A stretch of DNA of 64,000 nt from Eledone cirrhosa (Eukaryota). The notes beneath the pieces are model-generated. The model was given only the letters and a program-made list of their open reading frames with translations. It was not told the origin of the DNA and searched no databases. The stretch is taken from contig OZ024740.1 of NCBI GenBank assembly GCA_964016885.1, positions 240,002,001 through 240,066,000 on the forward strand. The letters run 5' to 3'. Made by a program: the position numbers and the translations under genes. How positions within the stretch are numbered: position 1 is the stretch's first letter; every line of letters starts with the position of its first letter. Of this stretch, positions 1-13,198 are shown piece by piece.

Positions 1-95
1 TCCAGAAAGTGTGAATGTTTCCTTATATTTCATGTTCTCCTAACAAGGAGCCAAGCAAACCCGTTACATTCCTCTTCTCATCACGAACATGTGTA

Positions 96-282
96 CGACA
101 GGAGCTTCTTTGCTCAGACATTTTCTCGGCCAAGGATGATCTTGGTGTAAACAATAACAACACTAACAATAACAACAACTTATTCTGTGAACATCACTGG
201 ACGAATAAAGAAGGCACGCATATACATACATGCATACATATATACTTACATACACACACAATCACATATACACAAACATAAA

Positions 283-342
<60 letters not shown>

Positions 343-576
343 AATAATATACATACATATATACACGCATACATACATATACATGCATACACATACACAT
401 ACACAAGGACACACATATACATACATACACACTCATTCATACACTCATATATACACAAACATAACGACAGCAGCTTCTTTGCTCAGAGATTTTCTCGGCC
501 AAGAATTATCTTGGTGTAAACAATAACAACACCAACAATAACAATAACTTATTCCGTGAACGTCATTGGACGAATA
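96..576. repeat. Direct duplication of about 110 bp separated by CA/TACA microsatellite
   Basis: cgacag..cttctttgctcaga..ctcggccaag..cttggtgtaaacaataacaacac..tggacgaata at 96-206 and 465-576. Confidence 0.85.
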
Positions 577-818
577 TATTTCCAATATAGACCATTACTT
601 GCTTCCCTGCCAACGTCGGAAAAGACTCCACATGGTCACTTGACCTGCTAGAAATAACAAACACGACAACCTTTAATCTCGCCCTAAAAAGCCCGTACAA
701 TAAAACAGTTTTCGATTCCCTACGCATACGGAAAGTAAGAATAGCTAAACAACAACAGCAAACACTGGGTTCATTGAACTATTGAGTTTTATTTATCTAG
801 TAGTGGACCCGTTCTGTA

Positions 819-934
819 AATAATTGTTTCTACTTATGGCACAAGGCCAGCAATTATTCCAGTGTATTACTGGTACTTTATTTTATCGACCCCCGTAAGG
901 ATGAAAGGCAAAGTTAACCTCGGCGGGATTTGAA
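819..934 (-). mobile_element. tRNA-derived SINE, partial (Meta-domain-like core)
   Basis: Matches full-length copies (e.g. 63061-63250): core aactttgcctttcatccttacggggtcgataaaataaagtaccag and tail gtagaaacaattatt. Confidence 0.9.
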
Positions 935-1166
935 TGACAGCAATAGTGTTGAACGTATTTCACTTTTGAAGTTCATGATTGCTGTGCAATATATACCACG
1001 TTTACCGGATATATGAAGTCATGCAAACTGGGAAATTTTCATTTTGATAAATTAATGATTTGCATAAGAGAAGTTCGGGGAAATGGCTAAAAATAAGAAT
1101 GATATCTTAATAATTTTGTTCTACCATATAGTTACATAAATGTGTAGTATATATATATATATATAT

Positions 1167-1574
1167 ACGTCCCCCACCAACACCCCACTCTCCAGAGCGT
1201 GAAATTAATAAACATTCGTTGTACTGCCTCTCTGTTTTGTCCCTGTTCAAATTTTTCCAGTATATATATATGCAAAAGTTCAACTTAAATTGTTGGGATA
1301 CAACAAGCAAATATTATTATAACTGATATAAAGCACTCGACAAATATTTGGAGTATATATACAGTATTAATAAATGGAAACTATATTTATAAAACCGGAT
1401 GGCCTCCAAAAACAACGGTCACCTTTTTGAAAGGGTATGTCAATTATCTATTTGTAAAACTATTATATATTGTATTTTGTCTGATGAAGGCATACCATGA
1501 TTTAACTTGGTATCCTTGAAATATATATAATGAAATAAATATGGTTTTATAAATATAGTTTCCATTTATTAATA

Positions 1575-1578
<4 letters not shown>
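1167..1578. mobile_element. (TA)n-flanked fold-back element, hammerhead family A (non-autonomous Penelope-like/retrozyme-like)
   Basis: (TA)n on both sides; inverted repeat 1353-1396 / 1543-1585; homologous to 60008-60420; contains a hammerhead motif. Confidence 0.75.
1473..1537 (+). ncRNA. Type I hammerhead ribozyme (family A)
   Basis: Stem I tattttgt(1473-80)/atgaaata(1530-37); CUGAUGA 1481-87; stem II aggcatacca/tggtatcctt with one C.C mismatch; GAAA 1518-21; palindromic TATATA stem III; UA cleavage site after 1529. Confidence 0.8.
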
Positions 1579-1659
<81 letters not shown>

Positions 1660-2148
1660 CGCAGTTCAAGAGTAACCAATCTTAAAGAGAGAGATGGAGA
1701 TAGTAGAGGAGATAGGAGAGGAGAGATTGGTGAATTAGTTAGAATCCAAAGCGTAAAGGCATGTGCTCAATGTGCAATATGCAGTAGAAAGCAGCTAGGT
1801 GGCTGGGTTCATGCAGAAGTTAGGTGCGCAGAGCTGGAAATATTCATTAGTTAAGCAAAACAAGACAAACAAATTTCACAAGGAAGACATTATTAAAAGA
1901 TTGTCAACATATTTTAGTTTGATGTAAGGAATGTAGAGAATAATAATAATATTAATAATAATAATAATTGTTTCTACTTTAGGCACAAGGCCAGCAATTA
2001 CTCAGTACATTACTGGTACTTTATTTTATTAATATTATTATTAATATTATTATTATTCTCTACATTCCTTACATCAAGCTAAAATATGTTGACAATCTTT
2101 TAATAATGTCTTCCTTGTGAAGTTTGTGGTCTTGTGTTGCTTAACTAA

Positions 2149-2155
<7 letters not shown>
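1660..2155. repeat. (TA)n-flanked asymmetric fold-back with a SINE tail in the loop
   Basis: About 120-bp inverted arms 1840-1960 / 2035-2155 with a few mismatches; loop 1962-2029 is a SINE 3' fragment; (TA)n at both ends. Confidence 0.85.
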
Positions 2156-2218
<63 letters not shown>

Positions 2219-2784
2219 AATAGCATAGAGAATTATATGTATGGGTATACGGAGGAATAACTATTTATAGGAACAAATATAGGGTTAGAACCGAGGACAT
2301 TGTGATTAGAAAGCAAACTTCTTATTGTAGCAACATGACTGAGATAGGAAATGCATTGTATGTATATATTTTAAAGAGTTACAGACAGATGTATATATAG
2401 TAAATATATATGCAAACACATATAACGTATTATTATTGTTGATGTTATTGATAGGTGATTTTATGGAAGCAACTTACGTATGACATTCACAAGATGACAG
2501 TTTAATATGTTGAGAGTTAACGGTGACATGCCACTAGACCTGCTAGAAATAACCACCAAAACCATCAAACTACAACTTAGCATCTTTAAAAATGAAGAAA
2601 GAAAAGACAAACTGACTAGATAATCTAGTTAGGGATATATTATGTGAAAATAATGTGAGGTGTTCCTGGGGGGGGGGGGGAGTGCTTTGTTCATAAGATC
2701 GGGAGGTAAACAACGCACACACATAGAAACAGATAGATACATACACAGATATATAGACACATATACTTACATATGTACACCACC

Positions 2785-2824
<40 letters not shown>

Positions 2825-2942
2825 ATATGTATGTATATATCAAGTCCACCTGGTTGTGATGGGTCTGATAACGTTGTTAGAACTTAATGTGTCCTTGGAA
2901 GATATATATATATTCATTCATTTGTTTAATTTCTGGTGATTA

Positions 2943-2982
<40 letters not shown>

Positions 2983-3155
2983 GTGCATACATATATTTAT
3001 TTTCTGGAGATGCCTCATGTCCGTAACTTCGAATCTACTCACATCTTTTTCTTCGGGAAATACAAATTATTCTCTGTTCGCATGAATTGGTTACACATTC
3101 AGTTAATGACTGAACGGTCTATGTGCACTTTTACGGAACCTATCCAGCCCTTCAG

Positions 3156-3879
3156 TACATACATACATACATGCATACCTACATACATACATACATACAT
3201 ACATACATACATACATACATACATACATACATGCATACATGCATACATACATACATACATACATACATACATGCATACATACATACATACATACATACAT
3301 ACATACATGCATACATACATACATACATACATACATACATGCATACATACATACATACATACATGCATACATACATACATACATACATGCATACATGCAT
3401 ACATACATACATACATACATACATACATGCATACATACATACATGCATACATACATACATACATACATGCATACATTCATACATACATGCATGCATACAT
3501 ACATACATACATGCATACATACATACATACATACATACATACATACATGCATACATACATACATACATACATACATACATACATGCATACATACATACAT
3601 ACATACATACATACATACATGCATACATACATACATGCATACATACATACATACATACATACATACATACATACATACATACATACATACATACATGCAT
3701 GCATACATACATACATACATACATACATACATGCATGCATGCATACATACATGCATACATACATACATACATACATACATACATACATACATACATACAT
3801 ACATGCATACATACATACATACATACATACATACATACATACATACATGCATACATACATACATGCATATATACATACA

Positions 3880-3910
<31 letters not shown>
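3156..3910. repeat. (TACA/TGCA)n tetranucleotide microsatellite
   Basis: About 750 bp of catacata with catg variants; similar arrays at 4519-4890, 14237-14360, 42935-43028. Confidence 0.98.
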
Positions 3911-4518
3911 GGTGGCTGCCAACTCGTTTTCGAGTACGGCCACTACTTTATATCCATGTAGGAGAACCCCTACTGATGCGCTGAACGAGTGTGACTTTTT
4001 AGTCCAGCCAGCGACTTGAAAACTCTGGTACAAACACTACACTTGTGACAATTATTGACACATAGTGCTGGGCCCATGGTACCATGTGACGACAAATGCA
4101 GAGAGATCTCCAGATATAAAGCAATGCCTGTGCCGTGAAGCTTTTATAGTGAGCAAAGGCACTGCACAAAGCCAGTCCCACTCTCTTAACCAAGATGATA
4201 TTTACCAAAAAGAAGAACAAGTCAACATCATTGGATACCATCAGGGTTGCAGGTGTTATATCAGAGTTTTCCTTCTCCTAGAATTCTGCCTTGACAAAGG
4301 CTAAGGGGTCATCTCTCACGGTGATTTTGGATGGCCATTGACTCTTAAGAGCTCCTTTGCCTTTTGACAGGTTTTGTTTTTAGTCCTGCAGGATGTCCAA
4401 AGTCACCCTCCTCACCAAGAAACCTTGGTGGGGTTGCCAGTTTAGTCGCCAACGACCCGACCATGGGACAGGTTGTACTGGAATACATGTTACCAGTAGC
4501 ACCAACTGGTGACCTGAC
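3911..4518 (-). mobile_element. Non-autonomous internally deleted RTE derivative (about 605 bp)
   Basis: Minus strand has an RTE-like 5' UTR (ggagaaggaaaactctga), a C-terminal C2H2-like remnant (CSVCTRVFKSLAGLKSHTRSAH) and a (TATG)n tail; near-identical copy at 42333-42934. Confidence 0.75.
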
Positions 4519-4890
4519 ATACATACATACATACATACCTGACATACATACATACATACATACCTGACATACATACATACATACATACATACATGCATAC
4601 ATACATACATACATACATACATACATGCATGCATACATACATACATACATACATACATACATACATACATACATACATACATACATACATGCATACATAC
4701 ATACATGCATACATACATACATGTATACATACATGCATACATACATGCATGCATACATACATACATACATACATGCATACATACATACATACATACCTAC
4801 ATACATGCATACATACATACATACATACATACATACATACATACATACATACATACATACATACATACATACATACATACATACATACAT

Positions 4891-5425
4891 GATGGTTCCC
4901 CCCTCGTTATCGAAAATGGCCATTATTAATTCATTCTATCGTGCAATGCCTGCGGGTGAAGATATTTTTCAAAGTGAGGCAAGACTGTGCACTGAGCCAA
5001 TCCCACTCTCTGAGCGACAGTAGCTATAACCCGAAAAGAAGAAAAGATCAACATCATCGGTAACTACTGAGCCGCAGGTTTTATATCGGAGTTATCCCAG
5101 TTTCCTGAGTTGCCTTCTCCTAGAAGAATGCCCTGACAAAGGCTAGGGGTCCTTCACTCCCAGTGGTTTAACCGCGCGGTACATATTTACACACTTTTTA
5201 GTCCAGCCAGCGACTTGAAAACTCTGGTACAAACACTACACTTGTGACAATTATTGACACATAGTGCTGGGCCCATGGTACCAAGTGACGATAAGTGCAG
5301 AGAGATCCCCAGATATAAAGCAATGCTTGTGCCGTGAAGCTTTTATAGTGAGCAAAGGCACTGCACAAAGCCAGTCCCACTCTCTTAACCAAGATGATAT
5401 TTACCAAAAAGAAGAACAAGTCAAC
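4891..5425 (-). mobile_element. Second RTE-derived short element (4891-5185) plus a fragment of the first family (5196-5425)
   Basis: 4891-5185 is the reverse complement homologue of 32038-32313; 5196-5425 is nearly identical to 3996-4226. Confidence 0.7.
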
Positions 5426-5958
5426 TGCGATAAAGGACGATGTTTATCATTTGACTCTACTTAGATAGACAAGATATATAAAAGAAGTTTAATCTACCCT
5501 GCTGTACTTGAACTTCATTTTCTCAATTAGAAGTATTGGCACAATATCTGACATAGGAACAAGTGAAAACTTAGATATCCAGAGGTTCCTTTCCCCTCCC
5601 ACACACTAGATACATCGGAACATCGGTAGCAGATATAAAAGGTGACCATCCTTGACCTGTAAATTCAATTATCTCATCTATCCAGACGCTCTTCTTCTCT
5701 CTCTTTCTCTCTGTCACTCTCTCTCACACACACACATACACACAGACACACTCTCTGTCACTCTCTCTCACACACACACACATACACACAGACACACTCT
5801 CTGTCTCTCTCACACACACACACACTCTCTCTCTCTCTATCTTTCTCTCTATATATCTTTCTCTCTCTCTATCTTTCTCTCTCTATCTTTCTCTCTCTCT
5901 CTCTCTCTCTTCTCTCTGCCTCATAATATACTCACATAGACATACATGCAAGCAGATA

Positions 5959-6034
<76 letters not shown>

Positions 6035-7255
6035 GTACACTCACACACTCACACACACACATATATAAATTAATATATACGACTCGTATATATATATATG
6101 TGCGTGTATGCGTGTTAATATATTCATTTAATCTTTTATAACGGCCACATGTTCGTTAGATTCGTTAGATGTACTGGTTTAAACTAAGAGAACTACAATT
6201 TAATGCAAAGTATTTAATGTATAAAAATAGAATGGCTATATTCAAGTGTGTGTGTATATGTGTGTGTGTATGTGGGTATGTGTATATGTGTACGTGTGTA
6301 TGTGTGTGTTTGTATTTGTGTTTGTGTGGGGGTGTATTGTGGTGCAATATGACGCAACGGAATATATATTTTGGATGATTGCTTCTTTTTCAATATTCTC
6401 TGGTTTTTTGTATCTTTTGTAAGGCTATAAAGATGTGAAAGTCATGGGAACTGCACATCCTTTCCTCCTCGTCCCCCTCCTTGTCATCTGACTAGCTTTT
6501 TAATAAAGCAATATATAAATACTTATAGTAACGTTTGAAACCCCAGTTTGTTTAACTAGGGGATAACTATGCCTGACTATATATTCACTTTTGTATATTT
6601 ATATACCAATGGTGTGTTTTTGTTCATTAACGAATATATGTATGGAACATATACACCTATTTTTGTGTGTGTGTATGTGTAAGTCTGGGTATGTGTAATG
6701 GTTGTGTGTGTGTGTGTGTGCTTATATGCTATATTGTTTAATCTGTGTCTGAAATCAACGATACACTAACAATAGCAAATGTCCTTTCAAGTAGACTGTA
6801 GTATAGAAGCTTGTCAAACAAACTTATAAAGTTTCATCTAGTATAGAAATCGCCAATCATTTCATATCTGTAGGCCTGATAACATAAACGTCACAAAGTT
6901 TTTTGAATTCTAGGAGTTGTCCATTGAAATTAAATCTAGTAACATTGTTTATCAAATGAATGAATAATACCTTTTAGAAAACCATTTTTGCTAAGCGAAG
7001 GATTCCAATTAGTAATCAAAGAACTCCATTTAATAGTAAATTATTTTAATCAGGTACTCTTTAGAATCAATTATAAAGACACAAATTATCTTAAAAATAT
7101 AAAAAGTATAGACGTCGTGTATTGAATGGTGGGAAATTAAATATAATATAAAAAAAACAAACTGTTTAACCTTAATGCAAACAGTCGATGAATCAGTGTG
7201 AAATTTAATGCCGTTTGTTGCTTGAAGCTCCTCTATATTGGGTGTCAAACTTGTT

Positions 7256-7439
7256 AATAACTGTTTCTACTATTGGCACAAGGTTAGCAATTATTCCAGT
7301 ACATTACTGGTACTTTATTTTATCGACCCCGTAAGGATGAAAAGCAAAGTTAACCTCGGCGGGATTTGAACTCAGACCAGAAAGGGACGTAACTCTTTGC
7401 TGCAAAGCATGGCGTCCGACCCTCTACCGATACTGCCAA
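7256..7439 (-). mobile_element. tRNA-derived SINE
   Basis: A box tggcagtatcgg, B box gagttcaaatcc, conserved core and tail. Confidence 0.95.
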
Positions 7440-8383
7440 GAGCAAGACATTATCCAGATGGGCGTCAGTCAGTGTTGTTCTCACATTTCTCTGAGGGTGC
7501 TTCATTTTTTTTTTTTTATAATTACTAACGTAGATAAGTGCTCTAAACAATGGGGCTATCTTAAGCCTCCAAGTGGGAAATACCCTAAATTAGGATACTT
7601 CTCAATTGGATATGTTTATAGAAGTCAAGCATTGCTACATATCCAGAATACAATTTCGATCTCAATATGTTATCTCGGTAATTTTCTGATTCAATGAGCA
7701 CTTCTTATCAAACGGAGTAACAAGCTTGAACTCAGTGGCATGTAAGTTAGAAGCACCATAACACGACGAGCACTTAATTCTTAGACTATATTCACACAAA
7801 TGCCTGGATCATCTGCTTTACTTTTTTGTAAAGTGATAAAAAAGGTGCAGTGTTGAAGCTGGCGTTCATTCTAACAATTGCAGCTTTCTTTCAAACGTCA
7901 CAATATGACCCTACACCTGATATATTTGTCAGTTGTTTATATTTCTCCTTGAAGTTATAAATTCAGGTTAAATGTTCACAAGAAATGCCATGATTTCAAG
8001 CCAATCAGAATTACGAAAATGTGAACTATCCAAAGAATATTGCCAGCTCTTCAGGAAATGCAAATACTCTTTCTATCGTTGGCCTGCCGTTTTCTGTTGT
8101 TCAAGCAATTGCGAAGTCAATTAGGTTCGAAACATCAAATTTCATGTCTGACATTATTTTTAACAAAGCTTAAGAATGCCTACTTGAATAACCGTATCCT
8201 ACATGGGATTTGAAAATTTAAAGTCGCTGTCCTCACAAATTCTGCTAGTTGAGCAGTGTTCCTTACCAAACACAATTGAACAATTTGCAATTAGTTACAA
8301 GTATCCTTTTCACATCTTCTGACATTACTTCAACTCGTCGTGTTATCGTTCTTGCAGGCAACATCCAGTATTTCTAGGAAACA

Positions 8384-8566
8384 TTGGCAGTATCGGTAGA
8401 GGGTCGGACACCATGCTTTGACGCATAGAGTTACGGCCCTTGCCATTCTGAGTTCAAATCCCGTCGAGGTTAACTTTGCCTTTCATCCTTACGGAGTCGA
8501 TAAAATAAAGTACCAGTAATACACTGGGTAATTGCTGGCCTTGTGCCAAAAGTAGAAACAATTATT
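8384..8566 (+). mobile_element. tRNA-derived SINE
   Basis: A box tggcagtatcgg, B box gagttcaaatcc, core and gtagaaacaattatt tail. Confidence 0.95.
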
Positions 8567-11500
8567 TAACAAACTGCCTATGTGTAAAAGAATTTTTCTT
8601 ACCTGCAATGAACTTTTAGATTTCGTAGCAGGTATTTACCTAATTTTCACAGCTTTTCCTGGCAAATGATTTTTTTTAAAAACGACCTTCAGCTGCCTAA
8701 GAAGGTTTTCTTGCCTGTCTAGTAAATATATTATGACAGGTCTCAAAATGTTGTCAGATATTTATCACATTCTTCCCCACAACATTCTAGACTAATGAGA
8801 TAAGCTGGTTTCACAGTGGGTTTAGTGAAGAGGTAATCTAGTGTCCATATATTAAAAAATTGGGCACTTAGAGTGTCCAATATATATCGATAAGGAGATC
8901 CCCAAATTCGTATATACCAGTCTTTGTTTCAAACAAAAGTGAACCTTGAGCTAATGTAAAAAGATACCCTTCATGATGCATAAATGCCTTCGCGGCAAAT
9001 ATTAGGATAAAGGAAAACCATTCATAACCCAAATCTAGCTAATGTTTTCCAAACATTTAACTGTTGAAGAAGATTAAAACATTCTGAAAATTACAAAATC
9101 AATCGTTTATAAGATCTGGACCTCTATACATCTGCAGATATACATTTATACTTGAGTACACACACACGCACACACACAAACACACACAAACACACACTCA
9201 CACACACACTACACACACATATGTATGTATATATGTGCCTGTATGTGTGTGTGTGGGGGGGTATGTGTATGTGTGTATGTGTGTGTGTGTATGTGTGTAT
9301 GTGCGTATGTGTGTATGAGTGTACGTGGGTGTGTGCAGTTCTATTCTGTTGAATTCACCATTGGCATAAGAAGTTCAGTTGGTCATGTTTAGAAAGACTG
9401 TGATCTAAAACATATATATATTATATTATTGTTCATTTAATTACGTAAATGCTTTTCCTCTTTATTTTTCTTTATAATTCCACAGACTGGCGAAGAATTT
9501 TGTTCCAAATACATGGCGAATTATGCACAGAACGGATATGTTATAGTCTATTGAGTTTGCTTCTAAAAATATCTAATAAAATACCCTTTCTGTACATATT
9601 TAATTGTCATTGAATAATTTCTCTCTCGTTACACATTTGAATGTCTGGACATCGTCGTTTAGCTCCTAGTTAGCTCTGATCGATTTGATCGATGATCAAA
9701 GGAATTTCAGATATAACCATACAGACAGTGTTTGCTGTTACTGTTGTGGTTTTAATTTCAAATCCACAAAATTACTTTAATCTCAGATTACTTCCATTAC
9801 CCTATAAAATGTCCATTGTTTGATCTTGATATTGCTTCCGATAAATTCGTTTCTTTCTAGGTGCACATAAAAAATCATTATTGAATCTAAAAATAGGGAA
9901 ACCATTAAAATAACTGTTTCTTGAATGTGTATGAATCTTGAGGTTTTTAGTAGTGAGGAAATATGATGCCGAGTCACCTGTCCGGCTAGTACTCTACGGC
10001 GTTCAACATTGGATTGCCAATAATAAGATACTGATTTGCTTCAGTAAGAACTTCTAGGTACTGTTGAGATTTCTGACAATCTCGGTCCCCAACATCCCCC
10101 TTACTTGCTGATATCGGGACTGAATTAGGCACATGCAGAAGCGAGTCCCTCAAGTTCGAATGGCTATTTCAATTCTTCATCGCTATCTTCCGAGGTAACA
10201 CTTTCTCTATTCTGTCCACTGGGACCACGAGGAGGCATGGACCTTAGGTTCAGCACGTTCTCACATATTGTCCAGAAATATATCATTGTGGAAGCGATGG
10301 GTGTGTGTATTATTATTACAATATATATGAAATAGGGGAAAATGTTAGTACGTGTGTTTGTGTTCAGTCACTGGTGTAAATTCTGCTTAATAGCATAGCA
10401 TTGGTGATTGAAATGCTTATGCAATTGATCTGAACTTATAAACGATGTCTACAATACACTTTTCCGTTACAGTGTTGTTAACCTTAGCGAGTCCACACGT
10501 TGTCAGTAAAAACAGGGATGCCCATTTCATGATGCCTTCAACGGCATACAGAAATGAAGTGAGGTGAGAAATGATCCCAATATTTCATTTGTACTTCGGA
10601 GGGATTTGGAAGGTGCAGAGATTCGAAACAGATGCCTCAAGGCATTCTATCCAATTACTTTTTAGTCTACTGTAATGCGGTACAGTAGAATTTTAATGAG
10701 GGCGTATATTGTTAATGATTTTAACAAGGGTAAAACTGCAAGAGGAACGAAACTCACGACTGAAAACCAAATTTATATTTTAAGGTGTTTCCGCTGTTTA
10801 CAAACGATAATGTTATGTCTACTTACGTCTATATTGACTTTGGCTATGTCGTTGAGATGCAAGTGGGGTGGCCATGGAAGTAATACTGTACGATGCTCTG
10901 ACATCTCAGTTATTTTCTGATACCCTTGGGTGGCACTACTATTAGAGCCAACTAGACAGCTACGTAAGGCGCAGACCTAACATACAGGCATTACTGAACT
11001 CTAATGTATTGCACTTTTATATAAATTTGTATAATTAAATTAAATATTTTATAATTTGCTGCGATTAATAATAAAATCGCTAAACATCTTTGTGGCGAAG
11101 TAGTGAAGTAGACATATCTAAAGCGATGGAAATAGTTGCATAGTGTTATGACCTATCAAATGATTTGGAGTGAGTGTGTAGGAGAAAATTCAGGATTAAT
11201 CATTTTCTTAGTGAGGTCAGAGTAACACGACAAAAACTAGATTCGTCAGCCAACCAAACTGTAAATCAAAAATATTTTATTGGGGAAAATGGGGCGCATA
11301 ACTTGGAGACGGAGCTCAAATTATAGAGCTCGCATACGGTGCTAAATGCTTACGTATCGGCTCTGCTTATAAGCTAACCAGTTGATCACTAATGACTTGC
11401 ATTAATGTATGAATTAAGCTACTTGAGTCTTTATATATAATTTACAACTGAAAACTCGTGAAAGGATCTCCATAATAAAGAGCTTATCTTATTTAATTAT

Positions 11501-12558
11501 AATCTGTTTTACCTGTCTGTCTGTGTCTCCCCTCCCTAAGTCAATAATAAACACATTGTGACCCCATTATTATTTTATGTAGGTCGGTATAATCAAACAA
11601 TTGCATTTAATTTGGATTTTACATAAATCTTATAAATCTGAGTAATGGAACAGTTAAGTAGGTAAAAGCATATTTATTGATTTAAGCATGAAAAAGCCAA
11701 CATATTTAGATACACAGTAAAATATATTCAATATTAGTTGGTTATCAATATTATTTTCTTACCAGCAAATCCGGAAGACATGTTTGGATGTCTTTCGATT
11801 AGGTTAAGCTCTTCAGTCACAACAACATGCTTATGTATTAGTAATCGAATCAAAGTAAAACATACTAAAATGTATATTTGTTGACAAATTATGAAAAATA
11901 ATGCAAAACTAGCAATACCCCTGGAAATTCTAGTTATTTTAAAAATTATAAAATTATTGGAAGTTTATAGAGAACCATGGTCTGTAAAATTTCATTGGAA
12001 ATTGTATTCTTTCTGAAGCATTTGATTCTTGAGTTGGTATAAAGTTTTCATAAGGACAGTATTAAAGGTGTGGTTTAGGAGAGAACATCTTTAAAAACTT
12101 CATTCTTTGACCTTTATTGTCTCTCAAGCCATGAGATTTGTTTTCTCTTATTTTTATCTTTGCGTTAAAAAATGATAGTGATCTTGAAGGATCTTCATGA
12201 GAATATATTGATTCAGTTCTGTTCGCCTTTCTTTTATGGCCATGTTGTTGAGATTATTGAAAATGTGTTGACAAAATAATGTATATAGCAAACATTTTAA
12301 ACAATCACAATTATTGCACGAAACTGACAACATCGATAATATTACTCTGCTACGATACAACTAGGTTGGTAAAGCTTTAACAAATCTCACGATTCGTAGT
12401 ACGCTGAAATTCATTCTAATTTTTATATCAATGCCAGGTGCATATGACAGCACTTAAATATGCAGATCGAAGTACGGCAGCTCACCCACATAGGTGTGGA
12501 TTCTAAAAGACATAATACATAAATAAAGATATATATGTACACACACACACACAAACAA

Positions 12559-12635
<77 letters not shown>

Positions 12636-12638
<3 letters not shown>

Positions 12639-12858
12639 ATAATAATAAATTTGAAGACTAATATCCAAAGAGGGCTCGATAAGGATAAATATATATCAAA
12701 TATATAAGAACCGTAGAGCAAATATTTATTAAAATAACAGATTAAAGTTTAAGCAAAGAATCGCTGCTTTCACCCTTAACGGGATCATCTGGAACTGAGT
12801 TTCAGATGATCCCGTTAAGTCTTTGCTTAAACTTTAATCTGTTATTTTAATAAATATA
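12636..12858. mobile_element. (TA)n-flanked fold-back, family E, with a degenerate hammerhead
   Basis: Arms about 12723-12795 / 12798-12858; minus strand reads cagatga-t-ccc gttaa ggg-t-gaaa-gc (U4A core variant); homologues at 55561-55740 and 32764-32806. Confidence 0.7.
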
Positions 12859-12920
12859 TATATATATATATATAAAATAAAATAAATAAGTCAAATATTT
12901 TAAATTTGGCTTCGTTTATT

Positions 12921-12975
12921 ACTGCTATATATATTTCGGTGACAGCCATCTTTGGCTGTGACCTCTTCAGGTAGT
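12921..12975 (-). ncRNA. Type I hammerhead ribozyme (family B, minus arm)
   Basis: Reverse complement: actac-CUGAAGA-ggtcacagcca aaga tggctgtcacc-GAAA-tatata-UA-gcagt; one stem I mismatch. Confidence 0.75.
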
Positions 12976-13143
12976 CCGAATTGATGTGGTAGAGACGGGT
13001 ACACATGTTGTTGAGGTGTTTAACTTCGTCAATACTCCGATATGCCTAGTTCCTGGTTGGGTTGTTATTTCTCTGAGGAACTGGAATCATATGATTCCAG
13101 TGCCTCAGGGAAATAACAACCCAACTCTACCACACCAATTCTG

Positions 13144-13198
13144 ACTGCCTGAAGAAGTCACAGCCAAAGATGGCTGTCACCGAAATATATATAGCAGT
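13144..13198 (+). ncRNA. Type I hammerhead ribozyme (family B, plus arm)
   Basis: Stem I actgc/gcagt; CUGAAGA 13149-55; stem II agtcacagcca-aaga-tggctgtcacc; GAAA 13182-85; TATATA stem III; UA site after 13193. Confidence 0.8.

Larger units (their letters stand above)
7190..8850 (-). pseudogene. Decayed hAT (Charlie/SPIN, GTF2IRD2-like) transposase, interrupted by two SINEs
   Basis: Minus-strand peptide remnants in the expected order: QHFETCH, LPARTITRRVEVMSEDVK, NTAQLAEFVR, STYL, RTTLTDAHLDNVL, TSLTPNIEEL; many stops and frameshifts. Confidence 0.65.

Noticed and set aside
2887-5023. Long ORFs rich in HTYI/MYVC (and similar IYIY, CVCV, poly-T, poly-I ORFs elsewhere)
   Set aside because: They are translations of stop-free microsatellites, open in several frames on both strands
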